From positions 1 to 64,000 of the IMG/VR virus record IMGVR_UViG_3300006793_000018: a DNA stretch of 64,000 nt; one strand, 5' to 3'. Numbering within the stretch: the first letter of the stretch is position 1; every line of letters begins with the position of its first letter. Below are positions 1 to 8,968 of this stretch, one piece after another. The stretch comes from a virus. Below the pieces are notes generated by a model that made no database searches, had not been told where the DNA came from, and saw only the letters and a list, made by a program, of their open reading frames with translations. The translations under genes and the position numbers were made by a program.

Positions 1-1
1 C

Positions 2-349
2 TTGATGAAAAGCGAAGAGTTTGACGACTCAAAGCCAAATCCGAATGTTGATCGGATTTTTGGTTTATCCAATCAAATGGTTCAAGCCGCATTGAATGGA
101 AGGGTTTTGCCCGATTACATCGAAATCCAAGAGGGCAACCCTCATTTAATGAATCCTCATTACGAAACAATGTCATACGATGAAGCAAAGGCAAAGGGTA
201 TGCTTGAGCCTTACCCCGACGACCACCCATTGTCTGGACATACAAACAATGTGAACATTTTGGACAAAAGAACTGGAAAAATAACCAACGTTGGGCTTTA
301 TCGCCTCTCAAAATACTTGAATGGAATCTGGAGGGAATATCAAGAATGA
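2..349 (+). CDS. Hypothetical protein, 5'-truncated; begins with the end of the shared leader (..LMK|S)
   Basis: Open from the window edge; nt 2-15 ttgatgaaaagcga are identical to the leader end of the ORF at 56922 (56952-56965); ATGA overlap with the next gene. Confidence 0.65.
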   Translation: MMKSEEFDDSKPNPNVDRIFGLSNQMVQAALNGRVLPDYIEIQEGNPHLMNPHYETMSYDEAKAKGMLEPYPDDHPLSGHTNNVNILDKRTGKITNVGLYRLSKYLNGIWREYQE

Positions 350-900
350 ATCCCTTTGACACCGCTTGGTCTTTGTTGAAAATGCCGTATCACGGCACAG
401 ATTTGTCTTCGGCAGAAAAGATCCTAAGTGGTGGAACAAAAGCCCAAAAAGATCCTCGCCCCTCTTTTAGACGCAACCCTGCTGCCTTTTTCATGGCGGT
501 GGATGAAAAAGAGGCAAGGTATCATGCGAGGAAACAGGCGACCCGTTCAGGAAGCCCACCAACCATACTACACATCACAGACGAGGGAGTTGCATCTGTT
601 CCTCACAGGCGAATGAATACAACTTCAAATCTTCCTGAAATAATAACTCACGGTCATCCACACCGCATTGATCCAAAGCACATTTCTATTCACGAACAAG
701 GACCAGAACCAAGTATGGATTTAGAAGAGATACGCTGGCCTATGACTGAAAAGGGGCGACAACAAGCAATGCTTGAGGTTTCCGAAATGGAGGATCTGGA
801 TGCTGCTGACGACGCTTTTTTTGAATGGCTTCAAGCGAAGGATAGGCGAAAGGGTCAATTAAATGAGTATCGCCAGCAACTTAGGGAGGCGGGATGGTGA
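346..900 (+). CDS. ADP-ribosyltransferase-like protein (HGT motif) with N-terminal leader MNPFDTAWSLLK
   Basis: YHGT..SAEKILSGG...FFMAVDEKEARYHA..G.PTILHI pattern typical of H-Y clade ART folds; paralog of 2044-2490. Confidence 0.6.
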   Translation: MNPFDTAWSLLKMPYHGTDLSSAEKILSGGTKAQKDPRPSFRRNPAAFFMAVDEKEARYHARKQATRSGSPPTILHITDEGVASVPHRRMNTTSNLPEIITHGHPHRIDPKHISIHEQGPEPSMDLEEIRWPMTEKGRQQAMLEVSEMEDLDAADDAFFEWLQAKDRRKGQLNEYRQQLREAGW

Positions 901-1766
901 TTAGGATTTTTGAAGTTGGGCCACGTGATGGGCTACAAAACCTGCCATTCGTCCCGTCCACCGAGGACAAGATCCATCTTATCCAGTTGCTGAGGGACGC
1001 TGGCCTCGATCACATCGAAATCGCATCCTTTGTCCATCCCAAGGCTGTCCCAAACATGGCTGATGCAGAGGAGATCTGCGATGCTTTCGATGATAAGGAA
1101 GGATTCTCCGTACTCGTTCCGAATCAACGTGGACTCGACCGAGCCAAGGATAGCGGAATGGATCGGTACAACATTTTCTTTTCACCTGTCGAATCGTTTA
1201 ATATCGCCAATTATGGATTAAAAATGAAACAGATCCTTGACAATTACGAGAAGTGCCTCCAGGGTATTCCAAGAGAATCTATTCGAGTGTACCTGTCCGA
1301 AGCCTTTGATGCAAATAATGAGGATCTCGCCATCGCTGTTCAACATGGTCTTCGATTTGGAAAGACCATCGTCCTTTGTGATACGAAAGGAACTGCTCAA
1401 CCTTATGACATTGCATCAGGGATTGATACTGCTCACGAATTCACCGTCGATTTGGCATTGCATCTCCATCATGGCAAGCATTTGATGAACAATGTTGCCA
1501 TAGGTTATGAAAATGGTGTTCGAGAATTCGATTCAAGCATTGGCGGATTGGGCGGATGTCCTTTCGTTGAAGGATCAGGAGCAAACCTTGCTACTGAGGA
1601 TCTCGTTAAGTGGTGCGAAAAGAGTGGCATTGACTGTGGATTGAAGTATTCCGATCTCAAGAAGGCTCGAAGATTGGCACACAAGATCAAGAATCCCACG
1701 TTGAGGGTTGCAGCCAAGAACAAGTTCAACGAAACCAAAAATCGAGTTAAGGCGGTGTGGAATTGA
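894..1766 (+). CDS. hmgL: Hydroxymethylglutaryl-CoA lyase (DRE-TIM metallolyase), auxiliary metabolic gene
   Basis: EVGPRDGLQN, SFVHPKAVPNMAD, LVPNQRG, HLH metal ligands, FDSSIGGLGGCPF..G..NLATEDL. Confidence 0.93.
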   Translation: MVIRIFEVGPRDGLQNLPFVPSTEDKIHLIQLLRDAGLDHIEIASFVHPKAVPNMADAEEICDAFDDKEGFSVLVPNQRGLDRAKDSGMDRYNIFFSPVESFNIANYGLKMKQILDNYEKCLQGIPRESIRVYLSEAFDANNEDLAIAVQHGLRFGKTIVLCDTKGTAQPYDIASGIDTAHEFTVDLALHLHHGKHLMNNVAIGYENGVREFDSSIGGLGGCPFVEGSGANLATEDLVKWCEKSGIDCGLKYSDLKKARRLAHKIKNPTLRVAAKNKFNETKNRVKAVWN

Positions 1767-2047
1767 CCGCCTTCGACACCGCTTGGGGCATGATAAAGGC
1801 AATCAATGGAAAGTCCATATCCTATTATGCGACCTTTGACAAAATAGCGGAGGTGGAAAAGGCGATGGGGTGGAAGCCTATGACTTGGCATACGATTTTA
1901 ACAAATGATGATGAGTTGTTGAGATACCTCGAAGAAGCATCTCAAACGGACAAATACGGACCTCAATACAAAGCCATGATGGGGGCAGTTTTGCATTCTT
2001 ACATGGACGACTACGACAAAGGTTCAATGATGGAGGGAATGGAATGA
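1763..2047 (+). CDS. Hypothetical protein with leader MTAFDTAWGMIK|A
   Basis: TTG start at 1763 overlapping the hmgL stop (TTGA), SD-like GGCGGTG upstream. Confidence 0.7.
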   Translation: MTAFDTAWGMIKAINGKSISYYATFDKIAEVEKAMGWKPMTWHTILTNDDELLRYLEEASQTDKYGPQYKAMMGAVLHSYMDDYDKGSMMEGME

Positions 2048-2490
2048 CCGCCTTCGATCTCGTTTGGAAAGCGTTCCGATACCCTGAGTTTTGGCACGGC
2101 ACGTCCGTCGCTAACGCAAAAAAGATCCTCGAAGAAGGATTTCACCCGTACTCATTCGGATCGCCGCATGAGGAAGATGCAATCACTTACGCGTATCAAA
2201 ACATGATTGATGAATCGGGTCCAGCAATGCTTGGATTTGATACGACTCCCGAAACTGAGATTCTCGATCCTTTAGACGAAGGTTATGATTTTGGTACAGA
2301 AGAATACGGACACATCATGATGAGAGATCGCCTTGATCCGAAGAACATCCGTCTTTTTGCTCAAGGCAACCCTTCAATGGATGAAGGAGAATGGTGGAAT
2401 TTTGTTCAAATGCTCCAACAAGCGGATCGGTTGAGTTATCGGTATCCTGATATGGATGAAGCATATGCCTCAAAAGAGGGGAGATCATGA
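2044..2490 (+). CDS. ADP-ribosyltransferase-like protein (HGT motif) with short leader MTAFDLVWK|A
   Basis: WHGTSVANAKKILEEG..F.S...DAITYA...GPAML; ATGA coupled; paralog of 346-900. Confidence 0.62.
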   Translation: MTAFDLVWKAFRYPEFWHGTSVANAKKILEEGFHPYSFGSPHEEDAITYAYQNMIDESGPAMLGFDTTPETEILDPLDEGYDFGTEEYGHIMMRDRLDPKNIRLFAQGNPSMDEGEWWNFVQMLQQADRLSYRYPDMDEAYASKEGRS

Positions 2491-3821
2491 CCGAGCCTTT
2501 ATTCGAGTTTGCTTTCTCGGACATGTTGTGGAAATCCATGACATCCGAAGACCTTGAGGAAATGAGTGCAAGATATAAAGCAAGGTTTCCTCCTGTCGAT
2601 ATGCGCCCAAATACTGGTTTGATCGAAGAGTATGCGGGAATAGACGGTTTTGGTCAAGGATTCAAATTAGCAGGAATCCCTACGCTTGCATCAACTGAGA
2701 TGTGGGATCTTGCAAATAAAGTGAGGAGGGACAATGATCCTGATCAGGAAATTATCTCTGCTTACATTGGCATGGAACAGGGGCAAACGCATCCAGATGA
2801 CTTAATTGAAAGATATGCAGACATCGCAGGAGAAAAGAAAATTCATTATCATCCATCACCGCCTTGCCAAAAATTGACTTCCGCAGGGAACTCAGGTTTA
2901 ACTGCAAGTGAAAGACTTGCACGTGCCAAAGAGGGATTGCCTCCTATCTTCAATTCGCTTTATACTGCACAGGAAATGAAGAAACACCCAGACATAAATT
3001 TGAATTCTTGGTCGATGGAACAAGCCAAAGAAGCAATTCCAGTTATGCTCGACCATCCTGAGTTGTTTGATGGTTTGGACAAAGACTTCAAGAAAATTGT
3101 GTGGGATATTCTTTCTGGAAAAGGCAAGGCAGGTACAGATCAAAATCCTCGGATGAATGCCATTGATTATGGCGCACCAACTACTCGAAACCGAATGTTC
3201 ATTGGTGAAGGATGGAATAAAAAACCAACACATTACAAATCAAAAGGTCGAAAGAATGCTCCAGCGGGGCGTTTGCCAAACCCAACCGTGTTGGATATTC
3301 TCCCGCATTTGGCAAGAGAGCATAGAGAGAATAAAGGCAGAGCAAATGCAAAAATGCAAGAATTGATGGACAAAGGCAATTTGACGCCCGAAGCAATAAG
3401 AATACTTGGAGATGGGCCACAGGTCGCCATTAGCGGAGCGATCAATCCTGGCAATCAAACATCTCAATGGCGAGATGGTGTGTCAAGAAATAAACAAAAA
3501 AGATCCTTTGCACACACATATGCTGCTGACCAACATCTTTCAGGATTGACGCATAACAGACCTGCTGTGATGTGGGATCGATTATTTACGCCAGAAGAAT
3601 TTTTGGCGATACAAGGTTTTGATCCAAATTATGATCTCTCCTCAATGATGCATCCAGATGGTCGAGAGATAACCCATGAAACATACACTACTGGGAAACG
3701 ACAAAAAGCAATTGATACTGCACTTGGAAATGTAGTAGTCCCGCCTGTTTCAAGAGCCATTGGGATGAGTGCGTTTGATGTCCCGCCCTCGGTACAAAGA
3801 ACCCTTTTAGAGCAGTATTGA
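2487..3821 (+). CDS. C5-cytosine DNA methyltransferase-like protein with leader
   Basis: Motif I YAGIDGFGQG..LAG, IV SPPCQ, VI variant MEQA, VIII AIDYGAPTTRNR, IX RLFTPEEFLAIQGF, X GNVVVPP. Confidence 0.85.
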   Translation: MTEPLFEFAFSDMLWKSMTSEDLEEMSARYKARFPPVDMRPNTGLIEEYAGIDGFGQGFKLAGIPTLASTEMWDLANKVRRDNDPDQEIISAYIGMEQGQTHPDDLIERYADIAGEKKIHYHPSPPCQKLTSAGNSGLTASERLARAKEGLPPIFNSLYTAQEMKKHPDINLNSWSMEQAKEAIPVMLDHPELFDGLDKDFKKIVWDILSGKGKAGTDQNPRMNAIDYGAPTTRNRMFIGEGWNKKPTHYKSKGRKNAPAGRLPNPTVLDILPHLAREHRENKGRANAKMQELMDKGNLTPEAIRILGDGPQVAISGAINPGNQTSQWRDGVSRNKQKRSFAHTYAADQHLSGLTHNRPAVMWDRLFTPEEFLAIQGFDPNYDLSSMMHPDGREITHETYTTGKRQKAIDTALGNVVVPPVSRAIGMSAFDVPPSVQRTLLEQY

Positions 3822-3860
3822 ATCAACATATTCAAATCCAAAGCCCATTTACCGATCTTT

Positions 3861-4244
3861 ATGGCGGATGCTACGTTCCAAAAAGCGTGGCTGATCATGA
3901 AGGGCAGGGATAATCCCTACAAAACCCGTTATCCTCACAAGCCAAGTGCAAATATGGAAAATGACATAGATGCGGCGGTTGATAATGTGATGTCTCAAAA
4001 AACCCCTCAAAAACCCCCAAAGGATTACAGCAAACCTGCTATCACGGGATTCAAGACATCTTCAAAAGATGCCCCAACTAAGGACGAGCCTCTCCCACCT
4101 TCAATTCAAAATCTTCTGGATCGTGCAAGAGGCGTTCCTCGAAAGAAAGAAGGCGAACAAAAACGCCCTAAGAAAAGCGAAACGAGTGAATTACCAACGC
4201 AAACATTGCAAAACCTTCACCGTAAAGTGAGGGGAGATGAATGA
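3861..4244 (+). CDS. Hypothetical K/P-rich protein with leader MADATFQKAWLIMK|G
   Basis: ORF with leader, ATGA coupled to the next gene. Confidence 0.7.
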   Translation: MADATFQKAWLIMKGRDNPYKTRYPHKPSANMENDIDAAVDNVMSQKTPQKPPKDYSKPAITGFKTSSKDAPTKDEPLPPSIQNLLDRARGVPRKKEGEQKRPKKSETSELPTQTLQNLHRKVRGDE

Positions 4245-5239
4245 CGGTTTTTGCTCGCGCATGGGATTTACTCGTCAAAGCCCTTGATCCAAATAATTTT
4301 AATTTGGATGATCTCATTGGTCGAGAGGCTTTTCCTAAGAATGACAGATCTGCATTGGACTACATCATGAGGGATGCGCGTGGCAAGCGTGAATTTGCAA
4401 AATTGCGTAGTAAAAAAATTGATGCAGATCTGGATATGACTGGCCGAGATATTGCTCCTTTTACAGCCTCAAAGTGGGGTGGCAAGGAAGCAGCAAGAGA
4501 TGCAATGGGTGGTGGATACTCAAGCCCTGGAAAAATGCTCAATCAAACCTATTCGCTTCCAACTCATATGTGTAAGGTCGGAGGTCGGCTTCGAGAGATT
4601 CCAGGATCGGTATGCGCTAATTGCTACGCTCACCCCAAAGAAGGTACATCCAGGGCATACACATACGCGATGAACAATGTGCAAAGACATCTTTTGAGAA
4701 ATTACAATGCTTTGAAGACCGATCCGCAACTTTGGGCATCGGCTCTTGCTTCCGAAGAATACGGGATCAATAGCGTTGCTCCACTGCCATTCCAAGATTT
4801 CCGCTGGCATGACTCAGGAGATGCCGATTCACCTGAACACTTGGCTTTGATGACGGCAATTGCTGATAAGAACCCCGATATTTTTAATTGGATTCCTACA
4901 AGGGAATGGGAATCAGTTAGGAGGCTCATGAATGCAAGAAGCACTTTACCTTCAAATGTGGCGATGAGGCTTTCAATACCTCACATCGATCAAACACTTG
5001 ACAACGATATTAACGAACAGAGAGGCGTTCCTTTGATGGAACAAAAATATCTCGATATGCTGGAGGAATTCCCTCAATTGTTGACGACAGGAGTTGTTTC
5101 CGATAAGAGTCTTTCTCGAAGACCAGAAGAGGTTTGCTTGACAACAGATAAAACAAACCCTGCAAAGACGTGCAAGGATGCCAGATGTGATGCTTGTTAT
5201 CGCCCCGATGTTCAAAACGTTGACTATGTAAATCATTGA
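4241..5239 (+). CDS. Phage gp88-like Cys-rich protein with leader MTVFARAWDLLVK|A
   Basis: GKM..TYSLP...C.VG..L..IPGSVC..CYA, FRWHDSGD, WIPTRE, C-terminal C..C.AC...V.NV.Y..H match the gp88 family pattern as I recall it. Confidence 0.75.
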   Translation: MTVFARAWDLLVKALDPNNFNLDDLIGREAFPKNDRSALDYIMRDARGKREFAKLRSKKIDADLDMTGRDIAPFTASKWGGKEAARDAMGGGYSSPGKMLNQTYSLPTHMCKVGGRLREIPGSVCANCYAHPKEGTSRAYTYAMNNVQRHLLRNYNALKTDPQLWASALASEEYGINSVAPLPFQDFRWHDSGDADSPEHLALMTAIADKNPDIFNWIPTREWESVRRLMNARSTLPSNVAMRLSIPHIDQTLDNDINEQRGVPLMEQKYLDMLEEFPQLLTTGVVSDKSLSRRPEEVCLTTDKTNPAKTCKDARCDACYRPDVQNVDYVNH

Positions 5240-5251
5240 AGGAGGGATAAA

Positions 5252-6385
5252 ATGGCAGCATTCAATCAAGCCTTTGATCTCGTTTTGAAAAACGAGCGTG
5301 ATCGAGTTGATCTGGGAACAGTATCAACCGATGGCGTGATTGCCTATCCTTTGGAAAGCAAGAAAAACCGTGAATTAAGGGATTTGAAAGAAGGTGGTTT
5401 TACATGGGGTCGCCCTCATAATGTCGAAGCATTCCGCAATATCGACATCAATGTACCTCACATTGCGCCAGGTATGAACCACTATACTGGTCAAATTAGG
5501 CCAAACACTGGAGTTCTAAGCATTCTTCGGGGAGGGCAAGAAACAATTGGAATCGCAAATGCACTTCCTTTGAGGAATCCATTCTTCCGAGTCAATGAAA
5601 ATAAGCAAAGAGATGCTTGGCTTGGGAGAAGGGTAGCGGGTGGTGAAAGAGGAAATGCCAATCGAACGGCGCATATGTGGACAGCAGGGGAATTGACTCC
5701 CGATGAGTTGCAACAACTGTATTCTGGAGAACGAACTCCAATGGACATCTTGGGAATGAACGAGGAAATGAATCTCACTCGAAATCTCGCTGGAGATGCG
5801 GCAATGGGAATGGGTCAATGGGGCGAGGCTCCTCGATTTGGATACACCGTATATGACATCAAAGACTCAACATTGCCTCCAAAACAAAAGTGGAAGCCTC
5901 CACAACGTCTGCCTTTGAGACAGGACTTTGGAATGCCGTGGCGAGAACCAAGGAGAGGCGGTGTTTCAGGATCTGTTGATCCGATTTTGCAAATACCTCT
6001 TGGATGGAGTGATTTTGAGCAAAAACGCCCTGATCAACTTTATGTTGAATATACCGATCCTCAAAGCGGCTACACATATAATGGAGTACCAGTACCTGTA
6101 TCTTTGACGGCAGGAAATGATTTCTCAGTTAATGCGTTGTCGAGGGGTGTTGCAACTGGGACTCATGGATTGTATTTTGATCCGAATGATTTGACAAATG
6201 CTGGAATGGAATTGTGGGATACAGCACTAACTGGCGATATTATCCGACGATCAATGGATATTTTCAAAGCAGCATGGGACGAATCTCAAGGCGACTCAAA
6301 GGCCAAATTGAATGAGGAGATTGTTCAAATTTTGCGAGATTATTATCCATCAACCCTTGAAGAAATAATGGAGATGATTTCATGA
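5252..6385 (+). CDS. Hypothetical protein with leader MAAFNQAFDLVLK
   Basis: 377 aa ORF, SD GGAGG upstream. Confidence 0.75.
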   Translation: MAAFNQAFDLVLKNERDRVDLGTVSTDGVIAYPLESKKNRELRDLKEGGFTWGRPHNVEAFRNIDINVPHIAPGMNHYTGQIRPNTGVLSILRGGQETIGIANALPLRNPFFRVNENKQRDAWLGRRVAGGERGNANRTAHMWTAGELTPDELQQLYSGERTPMDILGMNEEMNLTRNLAGDAAMGMGQWGEAPRFGYTVYDIKDSTLPPKQKWKPPQRLPLRQDFGMPWREPRRGGVSGSVDPILQIPLGWSDFEQKRPDQLYVEYTDPQSGYTYNGVPVPVSLTAGNDFSVNALSRGVATGTHGLYFDPNDLTNAGMELWDTALTGDIIRRSMDIFKAAWDESQGDSKAKLNEEIVQILRDYYPSTLEEIMEMIS

Positions 6386-7560
6386 CCATGGATCTCCGTA
6401 AAGAGCATCCCCAATACAAAAAAGCATTGAGGGCTTTGCAAACAGGCGGATCGTTGCCCCCTGCAATCAAAATCCAAGGCAACAAAGCAAATCCGCAGTA
6501 TCAGCGGATTGGTCGTGCGTTGAAAGAGATGTTCCCTGATCGTCGAGTCATAGAACCATTTGGCGGAGCAGCGGGTCTTTCTTTGGGTATGAGGCCAAAG
6601 GAATCCATGCTTATGGACATCAATCCAGATCTGGCATCCTTTCATCGACGTTTGATTCATGATCCTGAATCTTTGCAATTTGAACCTGAAGAATTCACAT
6701 ACCAAACAGGTGATTCGGTACTGATGCCTAATCAAAACACGGGCGAAATGATGGATCTTGGTAAAATTCCACAAAGTATGGTTGATGATATGGGTGGAAA
6801 GCCTTTCTTTATGGGTCCAAAATTTTATGAATTGCGCCAAGAATTCAATCAACTCCGTGAAAAGGAAGCACGTGGGGTTATTGCTCAAAGTGAAAGGCAA
6901 AGAAAAGATCAATTGTTTTTGGTTCTCCAGCATATGTCGATGAACGGTTTGCTTAGGTACTCTCCTTCAAAACCTTCGTTCTTCAACAAATGGAACAGTT
7001 CGATACGATTTACAGGAAATAAGCCAATCAATCAACATTTTGAATCGAGTTTCTTTGATATGATGGGGGATCAGTCGAGTCGCCTAAAACCTGGAAAGGG
7101 GAACACATTTAGGCCACAAACCCTTTTGGGAGGGAAAGGTCGATGGAATTTGGACCCTTGGGCAGAAGTTATGCAAGATTGGGAATACTTGGATCGGCCA
7201 TTGGACGAACAGTTGTCATCCGATATTGGAATCGATCCTGCTAACGATATGTTTCTTCTCGATCCTCCGTATTTGGGAGAAGAGGGAGCATTGAATTTCT
7301 TTACAATGGATGATCAAAACAAAACCCTCGGTATGATTGAGTCTTTGGCTTCCAACGCTTTTCCGACAGTTGTATTCAATTCATTTGAACCTGCCATCGT
7401 GAATCCAATGAAAGAAATGGGATTCGACATCCATGAACTTCAACGAAAGGAAACAAGCGGTGGCAAAGGTGCTGTTCGAGGGAAAAAGTCGGAGTTAATG
7501 GGAATGGCGAATGTCGATCAGGGAATCTTCCAAAATGTTTGGGAACAAATGGGCAGTTAA
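6382..7560 (+). CDS. Dam-like (D12 class) N6-adenine DNA methyltransferase
   Basis: IQGNK, EPFGGAAG, MDINPDL, NGLLRY..FN, catalytic LDPPY. Confidence 0.85.
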   Translation: MTMDLRKEHPQYKKALRALQTGGSLPPAIKIQGNKANPQYQRIGRALKEMFPDRRVIEPFGGAAGLSLGMRPKESMLMDINPDLASFHRRLIHDPESLQFEPEEFTYQTGDSVLMPNQNTGEMMDLGKIPQSMVDDMGGKPFFMGPKFYELRQEFNQLREKEARGVIAQSERQRKDQLFLVLQHMSMNGLLRYSPSKPSFFNKWNSSIRFTGNKPINQHFESSFFDMMGDQSSRLKPGKGNTFRPQTLLGGKGRWNLDPWAEVMQDWEYLDRPLDEQLSSDIGIDPANDMFLLDPPYLGEEGALNFFTMDDQNKTLGMIESLASNAFPTVVFNSFEPAIVNPMKEMGFDIHELQRKETSGGKGAVRGKKSELMGMANVDQGIFQNVWEQMGS

Positions 7561-8069
7561 GGGATGTTTTGAGATACATTTGGAGCCATGGCGGTATGCG
7601 GTATTGCACCTGCTCCCGATGACCCTTGACACGATCTTAGTTCGGTGATCAAATAATTGATCATGTATTCGTTATTCCAATGATTTGGGACGCTATTTGC
7701 TTGTGCAAAAAGTTGAATCCATGTCAAATCGCTCCCAAACATCCGAGCGAATGTTGTTGCGTTTTGTTGTGCAGACTTTTGTCCGATCCAATTGTCTTCC
7801 TCTTGAAGTACCTGTTCCGCAGAAGACATAAGACCAGACCACGATTGTTGTTCTGGAGTTAAATTTGCGCTCGTATAAATGGGATTCTGCATGTGGCAAA
7901 GCAATCCTATGGCTGCATCTTTTGGAAATGTGCTACCGCGAGAATTTGATTCAGCGTAACGTCGAATCCAAGTCGCAACCGAATGTTGATCAACGGACAT
8001 TCCGTCCAAGGCTTGGTTGAAAGATCTTAGCGTGTGGACCGCTATAATGATGTCCGGCGTGATACTCAT
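7557..8069 (-). CDS. Hypothetical protein (lone minus-strand gene)
   Basis: 170 aa ORF filling the gap between the Dam-like gene and the RHH gene; AT-rich TATA-like element about 30 nt upstream. Confidence 0.7.
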   Translation of the reverse strand: MSITPDIIIAVHTLRSFNQALDGMSVDQHSVATWIRRYAESNSRGSTFPKDAAIGLLCHMQNPIYTSANLTPEQQSWSGLMSSAEQVLQEEDNWIGQKSAQQNATTFARMFGSDLTWIQLFAQANSVPNHWNNEYMINYLITELRSCQGSSGAGAIPHTAMAPNVSQNIP

Positions 8070-8120
8070 GTGTTTGTCCAGAAGGGCGGATTTATTTCAT
8101 CTTGTCGGGCATCTCAACGC

Positions 8121-8127
8121 TCATATA
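8121..8127 (+). promoter_or_regulatory. Putative archaeal TATA box (TCATATA)
   Basis: 30 nt upstream of ATG 8151; same heptamer at 28886-28892 before the protease gene. Confidence 0.5.
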
Positions 8128-8150
8128 GGTGTGAGGCATGAGAGGGAGTT

Positions 8151-8297
8151 ATGGGAAGACACGTGTCTGTCGTGATGAGGGAAGATCTTTTTATTAAAAT
8201 GGAACAAGAAAGAGGACGAGAATCAAAGTCATCTTTCATGAATCATGTTCTTGCATTTTACTTCAAAAACAAGACAACTGGAGATGACCATCAATGA
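8151..8297 (+). CDS. Ribbon-helix-helix (CopG/Arc-like) DNA-binding protein, 48 aa, absent from the ORF track
   Basis: Manual translation MGRHVSVVMREDLFIKMEQERGRESKSSFMNHVLAFYFKNKTTGDDHQ: strand, helix, G-x-x-S-K-S helix; ATGA overlap with 8294. Confidence 0.75.
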   Translation: MGRHVSVVMREDLFIKMEQERGRESKSSFMNHVLAFYFKNKTTGDDHQ

Positions 8298-8725
8298 CTA
8301 AAACCGATGCACAAACATATTACCCCGCCCCTTATGTCCAAGACGACTCAAATCGAATTGACGTGAACTTGATCGCAATGCTACTATGGCAAGCCCTTCT
8401 CACGGGAACCTCAGTTGCAGTATCCCACATGGGATGGTATCTTCCCGACGCAGGAGCCGCAGAAATGGGACTTCAATACGGTTTGATCTGCTTTGGCTTC
8501 CTCTGCACAGCAATGGTTCTTTTCCATGTAGGTGGAGTGCGAGATTCTCTTGCTATGCGAGCCGAGTTCGCTAAAGAGAACCAAGTGGACAAGTGGATGC
8601 GAGGTCAACAGCGGCTACATCAGCGTCGGGCCAATAAGAGAAATTATTGGCAGCAACAATCGGCACAATCCCCATCCGGCGTTCAGCAATTCGGAATACC
8701 TCAAAAGAAAGACGACGAAAACTGA
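8294..8725 (+). CDS. Membrane protein (2 predicted TM helices, Q/R-rich tail)
   Basis: Hydrophobic LIAMLLWQALLTGTSVAV and GLICFGFLCTAMVLFHV. Confidence 0.75.
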   Translation: MTKTDAQTYYPAPYVQDDSNRIDVNLIAMLLWQALLTGTSVAVSHMGWYLPDAGAAEMGLQYGLICFGFLCTAMVLFHVGGVRDSLAMRAEFAKENQVDKWMRGQQRLHQRRANKRNYWQQQSAQSPSGVQQFGIPQKKDDEN

Positions 8726-8736
8726 GGGGTATCCTT

Positions 8737-8961
8737 ATGTGGCCTTTCACAACTAACCAAGAACGTCAAACGGAGGCCATGTCCCAAATCTTGGCCGAAA
8801 ATGCGTATGAACGAAAGATGGAGAGGGTGGCAGGATGGGTAAGGACAGTTGTCGCCTTGATCGGAGGGGTGGCCCTAACATTCGGAATTTTGTTTGCATT
8901 GGAGATCTTTGGAATTTCTCCATCGGACGTGGTTGGCTTCTTCAAAGGCTTAAGCGGATAG
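8737..8961 (+). CDS. Small membrane protein (1 TM plus amphipathic end)
   Basis: ATG 8737 after GAGGGG; VVALIGGVALTFGILFALEIFGI. Confidence 0.7.
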   Translation: MWPFTTNQERQTEAMSQILAENAYERKMERVAGWVRTVVALIGGVALTFGILFALEIFGISPSDVVGFFKGLSG

Positions 8962-8968
8962 GTGGATT

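Noticed and set aside
346-5290. Leader interpreted as a Sec/Tat or class III (pilin) signal peptide
   Set aside because: No basic n-region or long hydrophobic core; the motif is short, acidic-amphipathic and ends in Lys.
6255-6290. MDIFKAAWDESQG near the end of 5252-6385 as another leader or separate gene
   Set aside because: Has F..AW but lacks the terminal hydrophobic-K, and has no SD; may be a relic but cannot be supported.
2487-7560. Restriction-modification system
   Set aside because: No recognisable PD-(D/E)xK, HNH or GIY-YIG endonuclease next to the methyltransferases; 5252-6385 shows no nuclease motif I can identify.
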